From assembly GCA_964650355.1 (NCBI GenBank), contig CAZYTL010000009.1, positions 413 to 64,412 of the forward strand: a stretch of DNA of 64,000 nucleotides, given 5' to 3'. Positions 48,351 through 57,810 of the stretch are shown here, in pieces. The stretch comes from an uncultured Gammaproteobacteria bacterium. Lineage in GTDB: Bacteria > Patescibacteriota > Microgenomatia > CAYXHB01 > CAZYTL01. Numbering within the stretch: position 1 is the first letter of the stretch; each line of letters opens with the position of its first letter. The translations under genes were made by a program, and so were the position numbers. Under the pieces are notes generated by a model. That model searched no databases. It was not told the DNA's origin and saw only the letters and a program-made list of their open reading frames with translations.

Positions 48351-49145
48351 TTACCCCCCAACTGCCGAATATCTTTTTAATCCCTGTTTCCAAAGATAAA
48401 GAAGCAATAATCCTAGAATCAGCAACCAAGCAAGAGATTGGAAGAGACTGAGATAGATCTGTTCCTGATTCACTTGACCCAGGAAGACAGAGATGGGTAA
48501 ATAGTAAAGGAGTTTAAACGGCAGCCACTGGCTGATAGTCTGCAGCCAGGAGGGTAAGAAGGTGAGAGGAATAGTCGCGCCTCCTAACACGGATTCAAAC
48601 ATCCATTGAGCATGTTTGAGTCCGTCAATGGATTTGAAAAAGAAGGCTAGACTCAGGAGGATCATTTCTAATAAAAAACAAATAAGATTGGCCATGATAA
48701 TCAGGAGAATAAACCAGCCGACGGATGATAGCTGAGGGATGATCCAATAGGATTGAAAAAGAAGCCAAAGGGCGATTAACAGCGGAATAAATAGGATGCC
48801 GAATCTGATCATGGTGCGAGTGAAGCTGTCAACAAAGGCAATGCGGATGAACTGAATGGGTTTCATCAGATAGGCGGAAATCTCACCGGTGCGAATTTGT
48901 TGGGCCAGGTAGTCGCTGAAATGGTAACTGATGAATCTGGAAATGACTAAGGAGAGAAAATAATAGGTAATGATTTGAGCCAGGCTATAACCGCCCACTT
49001 GTTTTTGATTCATAGCCAGCCAGACGAAAACCATAGACAGGATGGGAATCAGCTCGATGATCTGCCAAAGCATGGTTTCCGCCCGGTAATTAATAGTATC
49101 AATAAATCTGATTTTGGCTAAGGCGATGTATTTCTTCATAGGCAT
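48351..49145 (-). CDS. ABC-2-type transporter permease (paired with 47556-48344)
   Basis: 6 TM, 264 aa, adjacent and co-oriented with the other ABC-2 permease. Confidence 0.6.
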   Translation of the reverse strand: MPMKKYIALAKIRFIDTINYRAETMLWQIIELIPILSMVFVWLAMNQKQVGGYSLAQIITYYFLSLVISRFISYHFSDYLAQQIRTGEISAYLMKPIQFIRIAFVDSFTRTMIRFGILFIPLLIALWLLFQSYWIIPQLSSVGWFILLIIMANLICFLLEMILLSLAFFFKSIDGLKHAQWMFESVLGGATIPLTFLPSWLQTISQWLPFKLLYYLPISVFLGQVNQEQIYLSLFQSLAWLLILGLLLLYLWKQGLKRYSAVGG

Positions 49146-49270
49146 ATTATATATTCGGTTAAGGGCCAGGTGAAGGTAGCCTAACTCTTTAAGGTAATTT
49201 AAACGCCTGCTTGCCTATGAGGAGACATTGTAACCGTAATGCTTTACTTTTTACGGTATAATAAGCACAA

Positions 49271-50299
49271 ATGAAGTGTTTATTGTTCTTGTTGCTTCTG
49301 TCAGGTTTGGGGTGTTTTGCTTACTATCAGGGATGGTTAGAGGTGTCAGTTAATTACCCTCCGGAATTTTCTTCGCCTACGGCCGAAGCTCCGGTAGAAG
49401 TGAATCCCAGACCTTTGGATGAATTAACGTTTGATAACTTGAGAAAACGACAATATGAAAGTAGCCCCATTGTTTTGGAAAGGGTTATAAAGCAGGACAA
49501 AAAGTTCACTTCTTATTTATTTACATATAAATCAGACGGGGAAAAAGTTTCTGGAATGGCTACCATTCCCGTGCCTCAAGCTGATGAAGACAAATTGCCG
49601 ACAATTGTGATGATCCGCGGATTTGTGGATCAGGATATTTATCAAACCGGAGTCGGTACCTGGAGAGCAGCAGAGGTGTTGGCAGAAAACGGATTCGTGA
49701 CTTTAGCACCTGATTTTCTGGGCTATGGAGAGTCTGACAAGCCGGAAGATGATGTGTTCTGGGAACGATTAAATCGACCGGTGCAGATATTAAATTTAAT
49801 GGCTTCATTAAACACCTTGGCACAAGTTGACACTGAAAGAGTTGGTCTGTGGGGCCACTCCAATGGAGGCCAAATTGCTTTGTCAATTCTGGAAATCAGT
49901 CAAAAGCCTTATCCAACGGTATTGTGGGCACCAGTGTCTAAGCCATTCCCCTACGCGATTCTTTATTACACGGATGAATTTGATGATCAGGGGCTGAAGT
50001 TGCGTTATGAATTAGCAAATTTCGAAAAATTATATGACGTGAATAAGTATTCGATCAGCGAATACTTTGACCGTATTATGGCTCCTATTCAGTTGCATCA
50101 AGGCACGATTGATGATGCCGTGCCCCTGGAGTGGTCAAATGAATTGGCAGATAAATTGAAAGCTTCAGACGTGGAGGTAAATTATTATGTCTATCCTCAA
50201 GCAGATCATAATCTATCCGGAAGTTGGGATACCGTGGTGCAGAGAGATGTGGGATTTTACAAACGAATGCTAAAGAAGGAAAACAATAACGTTGAATGA
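49271..50299 (+). CDS. Secreted alpha/beta-hydrolase (dienelactone hydrolase/peptidase S9-like)
   Basis: Signal peptide; nucleophile elbow GHSNGG; downstream Asp/His candidates. Confidence 0.7.
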   Translation: MKCLLFLLLLSGLGCFAYYQGWLEVSVNYPPEFSSPTAEAPVEVNPRPLDELTFDNLRKRQYESSPIVLERVIKQDKKFTSYLFTYKSDGEKVSGMATIPVPQADEDKLPTIVMIRGFVDQDIYQTGVGTWRAAEVLAENGFVTLAPDFLGYGESDKPEDDVFWERLNRPVQILNLMASLNTLAQVDTERVGLWGHSNGGQIALSILEISQKPYPTVLWAPVSKPFPYAILYYTDEFDDQGLKLRYELANFEKLYDVNKYSISEYFDRIMAPIQLHQGTIDDAVPLEWSNELADKLKASDVEVNYYVYPQADHNLSGSWDTVVQRDVGFYKRMLKKENNNVE

Positions 50300-50457
50300 T
50301 ACTGAAAGTTTATTTGGATTTAATAAAACGACGAGTTTTGGGAGAAAGGGGCGACTATTGATGCAGACTAACAGATAAGGCGGCTCATATTTTAGTTAAG
50401 GTCAAAGTGAGCGTCAAGATGAAGTTGGAAACTATACCGATGAATCGTCGATTGATT

Positions 50458-50832
50458 TTAGAGTTTTATTTCGTCTGTTGGTAAACTTGGGGTATGTATG
50501 GCGAAGATTTTTGAAGGAGCTAGAAATTCTCCGGAGATAATGTTATTTTTTTCGACGAAAAGGAAGTCTCCCCCATTTAATTCTATTTGTTGATTGTTGA
50601 CTGTATAATTTGCTTTTCCTTCAAGAAAAATAAGAACTTCTATCATTTGTTTATGATAGTGGGGGAGTTCGATATCTCCTTCTCGATGTTCTGCGTATTT
50701 TATTTCTAGTAGATTTGTTTTGGCGGGGTGGTTATGAGGGAAAAAGGCTCCACAAAACCAACCCTTGTATTTTGGATTATTTATATAATTACCTGTAAAG
50801 TACTTATTATTTTTAAATTTGTTGGTAGACAT
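50458..50832 (-). CDS. Cupin-domain protein
   Basis: HYHKQMIEVLIFLEGKANYTV...GDFLFV fits cupin motifs G(X)5HXH...G(X)5PXG. Confidence 0.55.
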   Translation of the reverse strand: MSTNKFKNNKYFTGNYINNPKYKGWFCGAFFPHNHPAKTNLLEIKYAEHREGDIELPHYHKQMIEVLIFLEGKANYTVNNQQIELNGGDFLFVEKNNIISGEFLAPSKIFAIHTPSLPTDEIKL

Positions 50833-50952
50833 ATCTGGATTGAGAAGGCGTGGGGCTTATTTTAGATTTTAATGGTTCTGCTAGATATTTGCTGTCTACT
50901 CGTGCCTTGTCGCTAGAAGAGAATCATCAACCCGCAGCCTGGCAGTATGGTT

Positions 50953-51005
50953 TTGTGGATCCGAGAGAACTCGAACCTCTGACATTCCCGATGAACATCG
51001 GGGTG
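50953..51005 (-). other. tRNA-like fragment (hairpin + T-arm + acceptor 3' strand), not a complete tRNA
   Basis: Reverse complement ccgagcacc-ccgatgttcatcgg-gaatgtc-agaggTTCGAGTtctct-cggatcca; lacks D-arm and acceptor 5' strand. Confidence 0.3.
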
Positions 51006-51010
51006 CTCGG

Positions 51011-51084
51011 TGGCCGCTGGGGGACTCGAACCCTCGACCTCTCGCATGTGAAGCGAACGCTCTAGCCAGCTGAGCTAAGCGGCC
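51011..51084 (-). tRNA. tRNA-Val (anticodon CAC)
   Basis: Reverse complement ggccgcttagctcagctggctagagcgttcgcttCACatgcgagaggtcgagggttcgagtcccccagcggcca; the 71-aa + ORF over it is spurious. Confidence 0.8.
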
Positions 51085-51204
51085 GGGTGGAAGTTAGTGT
51101 TTGCCAAATTATACCATCGCGAGTACACTTATAAAATAGGATGAGTGCCGCGATCAGGGGAAAGGTTTCGGGCGCTTTTATTATTTTTACACAAGTGAAG
51201 GGTT

Positions 51205-51792
51205 ATGAATCTGAGATTTTCCCGGGCAAAATTAGATGCAGTTTTTAAGCACTTAAGCTACATTTTTTTGGACATTATTCAAACGGTGGTGATGGCCCTG
51301 GCAGTGTTTGTGGTGGTGTACTTGTTTGTCTTCCAACCAAATCAAGTAAAAGGCAGTTCAATGGTGCCGACATTGGAAGATGGCGAGTACGTATTAACAG
51401 ATAAGTTAACTTACAGATGGGTACGAGGTCCAGAAAGAGGAGATATTGTGGTATTTGAAGCTCCAGAGAATGAAAAATACGATTTTATCAAGCGGATAAT
51501 AGGTCTGCCTGGAGATGTGATCACTCTTAAAGACGGGAGAGTGTATGTGAATAATGAGTTATTGCCAGAAGAGTATCTTCCCCCCACTACCCAGACGGCT
51601 TCTGGAGCCTTTTTAAAGAACAATCAACCTTATATAATTCCCGAGGGTGGTTATATCGTGATGGGGGACAACCGGAGATTTTCCAGTGATTCCCGAGAAT
51701 GGGGACCGGTGCCGACTGATCATTTAATTGGCAGAGCCTGGTTTCGCTATTGGCCTCCGGGACGTATTGGGGTGATTTATCACGGCGAATGA
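51205..51792 (+). CDS. lepB: Signal peptidase I
   Basis: GSSMVPTLEDGEYVL (SM-PTL box), KRIIGLPGD, GDNRRFSSDSREWG. Confidence 0.85.
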   Translation: MNLRFSRAKLDAVFKHLSYIFLDIIQTVVMALAVFVVVYLFVFQPNQVKGSSMVPTLEDGEYVLTDKLTYRWVRGPERGDIVVFEAPENEKYDFIKRIIGLPGDVITLKDGRVYVNNELLPEEYLPPTTQTASGAFLKNNQPYIIPEGGYIVMGDNRRFSSDSREWGPVPTDHLIGRAWFRYWPPGRIGVIYHGE

Positions 51793-51872
51793 TTAGGCAG
51801 CAGAAGAAATTGGTAATCGGAAATCAAAGATTGGCATTGGAGAAATGGGTGGTGGATGGCCGTTAGTGTGAT

Positions 51873-52727
51873 CTAGATGCCGGGACTGGTATGCATGATT
51901 CCTTGGTAAATCAATTGCAGTCTTCGCTCGGTGGTTTCGGGATTGCCTTTAAGGTGAATTACTAGTTTGGTTTCATTACGTGAGCGGGTAAGTTTAACAA
52001 CATTTTTGTGATCTTCTTCAATGGAACCAAGCTTGTCAGTTAAATCGTTCCTGATTTTGTCTGTTTGCTCGCTGACTATCAGTGGCGGTCGGGTGGGCAC
52101 ACCTTGCTTGGTGGTTGCTCCATTATCTTTCATTCTTCTAGCCAGATCTTCTGCCATGCGCACTGAACCTGATTTCCTGAGAATAATTTTATAAGCTTCG
52201 ATCATCCGATCATGATCGTCAATACCCAGTAGAGCTCTAGCATGACCTTCGGTGATCATGCCTGTAAGGAGGCCATCTTTAAGGATATCCGGGAGAGTGA
52301 GCATGCGTAGGCTATTGGACACATAGGCAGGGCTTTTACTGATCCTGTTGGATACCTCACCAGTGGTGAGTCCAAATTCATTAATCAAGCGGTCAAAGGC
52401 TTTGGCTCTTTCCAAGGGATTAAGATCACTGCGCTGCACGTTTTCCACTAAAGCCATTTCCAACATGCCTTTGGGAGTGGTTTTTTTGATGATTACCGGT
52501 ACTTCAGTCAAGCCTGCAAGCTTAGATGCCCGCCAGCGGCGCTCTCCGGCAATAATTTGCAAACCGGCGGGGGTATCGGCAATAACGAGTGGTTCTAAAA
52601 CTCCATGCTCTTTAATGGAGTCAACCAAATCCTGAAGAGATTGACTGGTGATCGTACCTCTCGGTTGAAGGGGATTGGGACTTAATTGGTCGATCGCGAT
52701 TAAACGGACGGATTGTTCTTCAGCCAT
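51873..52727 (-). CDS. parB: ParB/Spo0J-family partition protein
   Basis: ParB box LQIIAGERRWRASKLAGL and HTH LTTGEVSNRISKSPAYVSNSLRML. Confidence 0.8.
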   Translation of the reverse strand: MAEEQSVRLIAIDQLSPNPLQPRGTITSQSLQDLVDSIKEHGVLEPLVIADTPAGLQIIAGERRWRASKLAGLTEVPVIIKKTTPKGMLEMALVENVQRSDLNPLERAKAFDRLINEFGLTTGEVSNRISKSPAYVSNSLRMLTLPDILKDGLLTGMITEGHARALLGIDDHDRMIEAYKIILRKSGSVRMAEDLARRMKDNGATTKQGVPTRPPLIVSEQTDKIRNDLTDKLGSIEEDHKNVVKLTRSRNETKLVIHLKGNPETTERRLQLIYQGIMHTSPGI

Positions 52728-52800
52728 ATGGAAGGTGAGAGCAGTTGATCTGTGGGTTCAGCAACTAAAGCAGTCAAAGACGAAAGAGACGACTTGACTC

Positions 52801-53055
52801 TTAATTGGAACTAATTATTTGCACTAATTGTCGGTTGTTTTTCTTGGTAAATTTAACTATCCCATCCTCCAGAGCAAATAAAGTAAAATCACGACCCATG
52901 CCCACGCCGCTTCCGGCGTGGTATTTGGTGCCTCTCTGACGAATGAGAATATTACCTGCCTCCACCTGTTGCCCACCAGAAATCTTGAGACCTAATCTCT
53001 TACCGGCAACCGTACCTTTTTGTCTGGATTTTCCACCTGATTTGGTATGAGCCAT
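52801..53055 (-). CDS. rpmA: 50S ribosomal protein L27
   Basis: [48 protein letters not shown]. Confidence 0.92.
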   Translation of the reverse strand: MAHTKSGGKSRQKGTVAGKRLGLKISGGQQVEAGNILIRQRGTKYHAGSGVGMGRDFTLFALEDGIVKFTKKNNRQLVQIISSN

Positions 53056-53107
53056 AGTTGTAAAATTTTTAACTTCTAATCAGATCAGATCACTAAGATT
53101 AATTAGG

Positions 53108-53473
53108 TCAATTAATGTTTATCTTTTCAATCAGCAGTTTGGTTAGTTGACTGCGATGACCCTTAACTCTACGATAGCGGGATTTAGCTTTATAAGTAGC
53201 TACCCGAATTTTTTTATCCTTGGTTTGTTCAATGATTTTGCCGGTAACTTTGACCTTATCCGTGGCGGGGTGGCCCAGAATTCTTTGATCTCCATCTACC
53301 ACTAAAAGCACCTGATCAAACGTCACTTTATCTCCAGCCTCACCGGCTAGTTTATTGACGAGAACTTGTTGGCCTTCTTGAACTTGAAATTGCTGGCCGC
53401 CGATAGCCAGGATAGCGTATTTCATATTAAAGATAATTTCGCTTCTGCCCTGCTCTAAATTAGAGAAAAGCAA
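53108..53473 (-). CDS. rplU: 50S ribosomal protein L21
   Basis: MKYAILAIGGQQFQVQEGQQVLVNKL...TYKAKSRYRRVKGHRSQLT. Confidence 0.92.
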   Translation of the reverse strand: MLFSNLEQGRSEIIFNMKYAILAIGGQQFQVQEGQQVLVNKLAGEAGDKVTFDQVLLVVDGDQRILGHPATDKVKVTGKIIEQTKDKKIRVATYKAKSRYRRVKGHRSQLTKLLIEKININ

Positions 53474-53540
53474 TTTAAAAAGCTAGGAATGAAAAGATTT
53501 TTTGCTTAGGCCCTAATTATAAGCTAGATTTTTCACGAGG

Positions 53541-54620
53541 TCAACGGATGTGCAGTGGTTCGGGTGCTCTGGCGTGGACTAAAATATTGTTAACAATGCC
53601 CAGGCTGATAAAGGTGGCCACTACGGAAGACCCGCCGTAAGACAGTAAAGGTAAAGTGACACCGGTAATGGGTAAAATTCCCAAGTTCATACCAATGTTA
53701 ACGAAGACTTGAAACGATAAAGTAGTTAACAGACCACTAATCATGAGTCTCTCCAATTCTGACCTGGCATGATGCATGGCTTGAATGAATCTGATGAAAA
53801 GGACTAAATAAAGCACCAGAACTAAAAGCGATCCAGCCAGACCTAATTCCTCGGCCAAAGAGGCAAAAACAAAATCGGTGTGTCTTTCAGGTAAAAATCT
53901 GAGATGAGATTGGGTACCTCGACCTAAACCTCGGCCAAATAACTGTCCCGAGCCAACTGCGATTTGAGATTGGAGCACGTGGTAACCCGTATTTAACGGA
54001 TCTTGTCCAGGATTGAAGAAGGTGATGATGCGATCTTTTTGATAACCATGTAAAAAATTCCAGCTCACGGGTAGGATAATAGCAATGAGTACGACACCTA
54101 AGATGACTTGTTTCGTATTAAGGCCTTTGGTGACGATGATCCCGAACCACCCCACCAACAAAGCCAGGGTGACGCCTAAATCGGGCTGACGAAAAATAAT
54201 ATAGGCGGGCAGAGCAAGGATGATCAAGGATTTGAAGATGCCCCGTAAGGTCAACGGTGAGCCTGTGGATAAAGTGTGAGCTAAAATGACTAGCAGAAAC
54301 GGGCGGACAATTTCTGATGGTTGAATATTAACGGTTCCGAATTGCAGCCAGCGGTGAGCACCACCGGAAGGAATTCCAAAGACAAAAGGAGAAATAAGAA
54401 ATAATAAGCAGAGCAAATAGATTAATTTGTTGAATTGCAGCCAGGTGGCGAAGTTGATTTTGGTGAGCAGCAAATAGGCGACCAATCCGATGACAATGGC
54501 TGAAGTTTGTACTGCCAATAACTCGGGCGCCACGCTGGAGAGGATAGTCAAACCCAATCCGATGAGGAAAAGAATTGACAAGGTTAAAGCGATGTCTAAC
54601 TGGCGAATGATCCGAAGCAT
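53541..54620 (-). CDS. rodA: SEDS-family peptidoglycan polymerase RodA/FtsW paralog
   Basis: PDLGVTLAL, GSGQLFGRGLGRGTQSHLRFLPERHTDFVFASLAEE, PLLSYGGSS. Confidence 0.8.
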   Translation of the reverse strand: MLRIIRQLDIALTLSILFLIGLGLTILSSVAPELLAVQTSAIVIGLVAYLLLTKINFATWLQFNKLIYLLCLLFLISPFVFGIPSGGAHRWLQFGTVNIQPSEIVRPFLLVILAHTLSTGSPLTLRGIFKSLIILALPAYIIFRQPDLGVTLALLVGWFGIIVTKGLNTKQVILGVVLIAIILPVSWNFLHGYQKDRIITFFNPGQDPLNTGYHVLQSQIAVGSGQLFGRGLGRGTQSHLRFLPERHTDFVFASLAEELGLAGSLLVLVLYLVLFIRFIQAMHHARSELERLMISGLLTTLSFQVFVNIGMNLGILPITGVTLPLLSYGGSSVVATFISLGIVNNILVHARAPEPLHIR

Positions 54621-54665
54621 TAGGTGCAGTATAACTGATTAACCGGTTTATCAGAAGGCGAATCT

Positions 54666-57600
54666 CTATCTGCTTTTCCTATTAATCTGTAAGCTGTCTC
54701 CCTGAATCAGATGTTGAGCTAGAGTTTGGCGTTTGATTTCTTCCTCAAATTCCTGAGGCCAGTCAGGCAAAGTAACGGTGACTTTTTCGGTAAGCTCACA
54801 GCCCGCCTCTTTCCTGGCTATTTGAATTTTACGAATCAGTTCCCGAGCTTGGCCTTCTGCGCGCAGAGAAGGAGTAAGTTTTGTGTCTAGACCGATATGA
54901 TAGCTATCTGGTGTACCTGAACTATTCCAAAAAATTTCCTTGATATTCAATTCCTCTTTTATCAACTCCTGGAATTGAGAAGGTAGTTTCCAAGATACTT
55001 TTACTCTTAATTTCTGTAAGGGCTGACGAACATTCAGTCCGGTTTCCTTTCTGGCAGCGTGTCCTCTCTCTACAATCCAGCGAGCTTTATTCATGCTGTC
55101 TAATAAAGCTAAATCATCTTTTGATAGTTTAACGCCCAATGAAGGCCAATCTGCTAGATGTACAGATTCTTCGCCTGTTAAATTCGCATAGATCTCATCT
55201 GCCAAAAACGGGGTAATGGGCGCTAATAATTTACTCAGGGTAACCAGAACATGATAAAGAGTTTGGTAACACACTTGTTTGTCATCCTGATCACTGGCTG
55301 TCGGACCCAAACGGGTACGGGAGCGGCGTACATACCAGGTGGAAAAGTCGTTAATGAATTCTTGTAGCGCTTGGGCAGCGCTCATAGCATCGTACTTACT
55401 CAAGGCGTCACTTACCACTTTAATTAATTGAAGTTGACGAACGATAATCCACTGATCGAGGATTTTAACTTTTTTTAATTGCTTTTTATACCAGTGAGAA
55501 AGATCTGTATTTTGGTCTGCCGATGAAGGTTGCCAAGAGTCAGTGTTAGCGTAGGTAACAAAAAAGTTGTAAATATTCCAGAGCAACAGATGAACCTTGC
55601 GTTTGACCAGAGCTGCCCCTTTAGGTCCAAACAGCAGATTATCAGCCGGATTTTGTAAGGCAAACATAAAGCGCATGACGTCAACTCCGAGTTCGTCAGC
55701 ACCTTGATTAAACTCAATGGCATTACCCCAGGATTTGTGCATAGGCCGGCCGTCTTCGCCCAGTAAGGTGCCAAAACCCAGCACCCGCTGGTAAGGCTCG
55801 CGGTTCTCAAGTACAGTGGACATGGCAATCATAGAATAAAACCAGTTTTTGAATTGGCCCGGGAATGATTCGGTAATAAAATCAGCTGGGAACCACTGTT
55901 CCCAAGCCTGTTTATCAGACAGATATAAAGGCTGTCCGTGTTCAATTTTTATATTCTTCGCAGTGATGTTATCTAACTTGTGTTTTTGAGGTTTTTCTAT
56001 AATGGTCGAGTAGGGGACAATGCCTGCATCCAGCCAGGGGTTACCCACGTCAAGGATGCGGCTCATCAGCTGCCCGCATTGTTCACACTTGATTTTCACT
56101 TCGTCTATATAAGGGCGGTGAGGTGTATGGCCAGCAAATTTATCCCAACCTTCGATCGCCCTGGTTTTTAATTCTTCTTTCCCACCCATAACCTCAAAAT
56201 GTCCGCATTTAGCACATTCCCAAATCGGCAGAGCCAAACCCCAATAGCGATTTTTTTTAGAAATTAACCAATCATGCATGTTTTTAAGCCAATCTAATTC
56301 TCGCTTCAAACCAAATTCCGGCATCCAGGTGATCTTTTTGGCGACTGCAACCATTTGTTTTCTCAATGTTCTCCCCTTCTTACCTTCTGGATCCTGACGA
56401 TCCATAGCAATGTACCATTCGTCTGCTACCTTCCAAATAAGTTCAGTTTTACATCGCCAGCAGACAGGGTAGCGGTGGCGATACTGTTCAACTTTGTATA
56501 GCCAATTGTTGGCTTGCAAGTAATCGATCACGACCTCCGGGTGTTTTTTGGCGTTTTTACCTTCGAGCTCACCGAAATCCGGCAAATATTGACCAATATC
56601 GTCGGTGGCGGGAACCACGGGTAATCCCAATTGCTTACCAAGCTGATAATCTTCTTGTCCAGTGCTAGTGGAAGTATGAACCAGTCCAGTGCCTTCTTCT
56701 ACTGAAATGGGCATGATTAAAGGATCGGTCAAATAGACCCGGTGAAATTTCTGTTTTTGTTCAGGAGTCAGGCCCTTTACATAAGGCTGATGATCATAAG
56801 GCGCTTGATAAGCAAGTCCCGCGAGGGTTTTCCCTGGCGCGGTTTTAGTAATTTGAACTTCTTTCCCCAAAATTTTTGCCACTCGGTCTTTGGCTAACCA
56901 GACGCTTTCGGTTTCAGATATTTTAACTAAGGCATATTTGATGTCTTTATCCGCTGCTACGGCAGTATTTGCCGGAATGGTCCAAGGAGTAGTCGTCCAG
57001 ATAAGGAGAGACTCATTGGGCCGGTCAACAATTTTTAGTTTGACGTAAATTGATTTATGGACCACTTCTTTGTAATCCTCAGTTAAGGTTTCGTGCTGAG
57101 AGATGGCGGTTTCACACCTGGGACACCAAGGAACAACATCTTCACCTTTGTATAAATAGCCTTTTTGATGACAGCGTTTTAAGAAATGCCAGATCATGTA
57201 ATTGTTAGCCTCGGACATGGTGAAATAGGAATGATCCCAATCGGCAAAATAGCCTAATCTTTTGGATTGTTCTGTCTGGATGGCGGCGTATTTGAGCACC
57301 CGCTGTTTGCAAAGGTCAATGAATTTGGCGATGGAGGCTTTTTTGTCCTCCGGAACTAAATTTTCAATATCTTTTTTGGATTTCAGACCGAGTTCTTTTT
57401 CTACTTCGACTTCTACCCACAAACCTTGGCAATCAAAACCATTCTGAAATCTTTGTTTGTACCCGCGCATATTCCAGAAACGGGGCCAGAGATCTTTGTA
57501 TGTGCGGCCCCAGGCGTGATGAACTCCCATGGGGTTGTTGGCCGTGATGGGACCGTCCATAAAAGAGAAGCTTTTGGCTGATTGGTCGTTTTTGTGCAAG

Positions 57601-57695
57601 TATTTTTCCACTATTCCGGATTCATACCAATGTTTAAGACGTTTCTTTTCCAGCTCGGGGAAGTTTACCTGGGGATCAACTGGTTTGAAGCTCAT
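54666..57695 (-). CDS. ileS: Isoleucine--tRNA ligase (type 2, eukaryote-like)
   Basis: GPITANNPMGVHHAWG (type-2 PPTANGLPHIGHA-like HIGH region), WCPRCETAIS editing/Zn motif, KMSKS-like PMHKSWGN, C-terminal Cys cluster. Confidence 0.88.
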   Translation of the reverse strand: MSFKPVDPQVNFPELEKKRLKHWYESGIVEKYLHKNDQSAKSFSFMDGPITANNPMGVHHAWGRTYKDLWPRFWNMRGYKQRFQNGFDCQGLWVEVEVEKELGLKSKKDIENLVPEDKKASIAKFIDLCKQRVLKYAAIQTEQSKRLGYFADWDHSYFTMSEANNYMIWHFLKRCHQKGYLYKGEDVVPWCPRCETAISQHETLTEDYKEVVHKSIYVKLKIVDRPNESLLIWTTTPWTIPANTAVAADKDIKYALVKISETESVWLAKDRVAKILGKEVQITKTAPGKTLAGLAYQAPYDHQPYVKGLTPEQKQKFHRVYLTDPLIMPISVEEGTGLVHTSTSTGQEDYQLGKQLGLPVVPATDDIGQYLPDFGELEGKNAKKHPEVVIDYLQANNWLYKVEQYRHRYPVCWRCKTELIWKVADEWYIAMDRQDPEGKKGRTLRKQMVAVAKKITWMPEFGLKRELDWLKNMHDWLISKKNRYWGLALPIWECAKCGHFEVMGGKEELKTRAIEGWDKFAGHTPHRPYIDEVKIKCEQCGQLMSRILDVGNPWLDAGIVPYSTIIEKPQKHKLDNITAKNIKIEHGQPLYLSDKQAWEQWFPADFITESFPGQFKNWFYSMIAMSTVLENREPYQRVLGFGTLLGEDGRPMHKSWGNAIEFNQGADELGVDVMRFMFALQNPADNLLFGPKGAALVKRKVHLLLWNIYNFFVTYANTDSWQPSSADQNTDLSHWYKKQLKKVKILDQWIIVRQLQLIKVVSDALSKYDAMSAAQALQEFINDFSTWYVRRSRTRLGPTASDQDDKQVCYQTLYHVLVTLSKLLAPITPFLADEIYANLTGEESVHLADWPSLGVKLSKDDLALLDSMNKARWIVERGHAARKETGLNVRQPLQKLRVKVSWKLPSQFQELIKEELNIKEIFWNSSGTPDSYHIGLDTKLTPSLRAEGQARELIRKIQIARKEAGCELTEKVTVTLPDWPQEFEEEIKRQTLAQHLIQGDSLQINRKSR

Positions 57696-57753
57696 GACGT
57701 TGATTGTACAGCAAGAACCAGGAATTATGAACTAGGAATTAAGAAAGAAGAAC

Positions 57754-57776
57754 AAAAAAATGCGCCATTGGCGCAC
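57754..57776 (-). terminator. Rho-independent terminator downstream of ftsZ
   Basis: Minus-strand tgcgccaatggcgca hairpin followed by ttttttt (plus strand aaaaaaatgcgccattggcgca). Confidence 0.55.
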
Positions 57777-57810
57777 CAAACTTTAGAATTCTGCCTTTCA
57801 ACATTTGACC

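Noticed and set aside
50953-51005. A functional armless or minimal tRNA
   Set aside because: No 5' acceptor strand or D-arm can be found within the available 60 nt before tRNA-Val, and bacterial tRNAs are not known to lack these. It is treated as a fragment.
50850-51065. 71-aa + strand ORF
   Set aside because: It overlaps the tRNA-like fragment and tRNA-Val on the opposite strand and has no coding-like composition.
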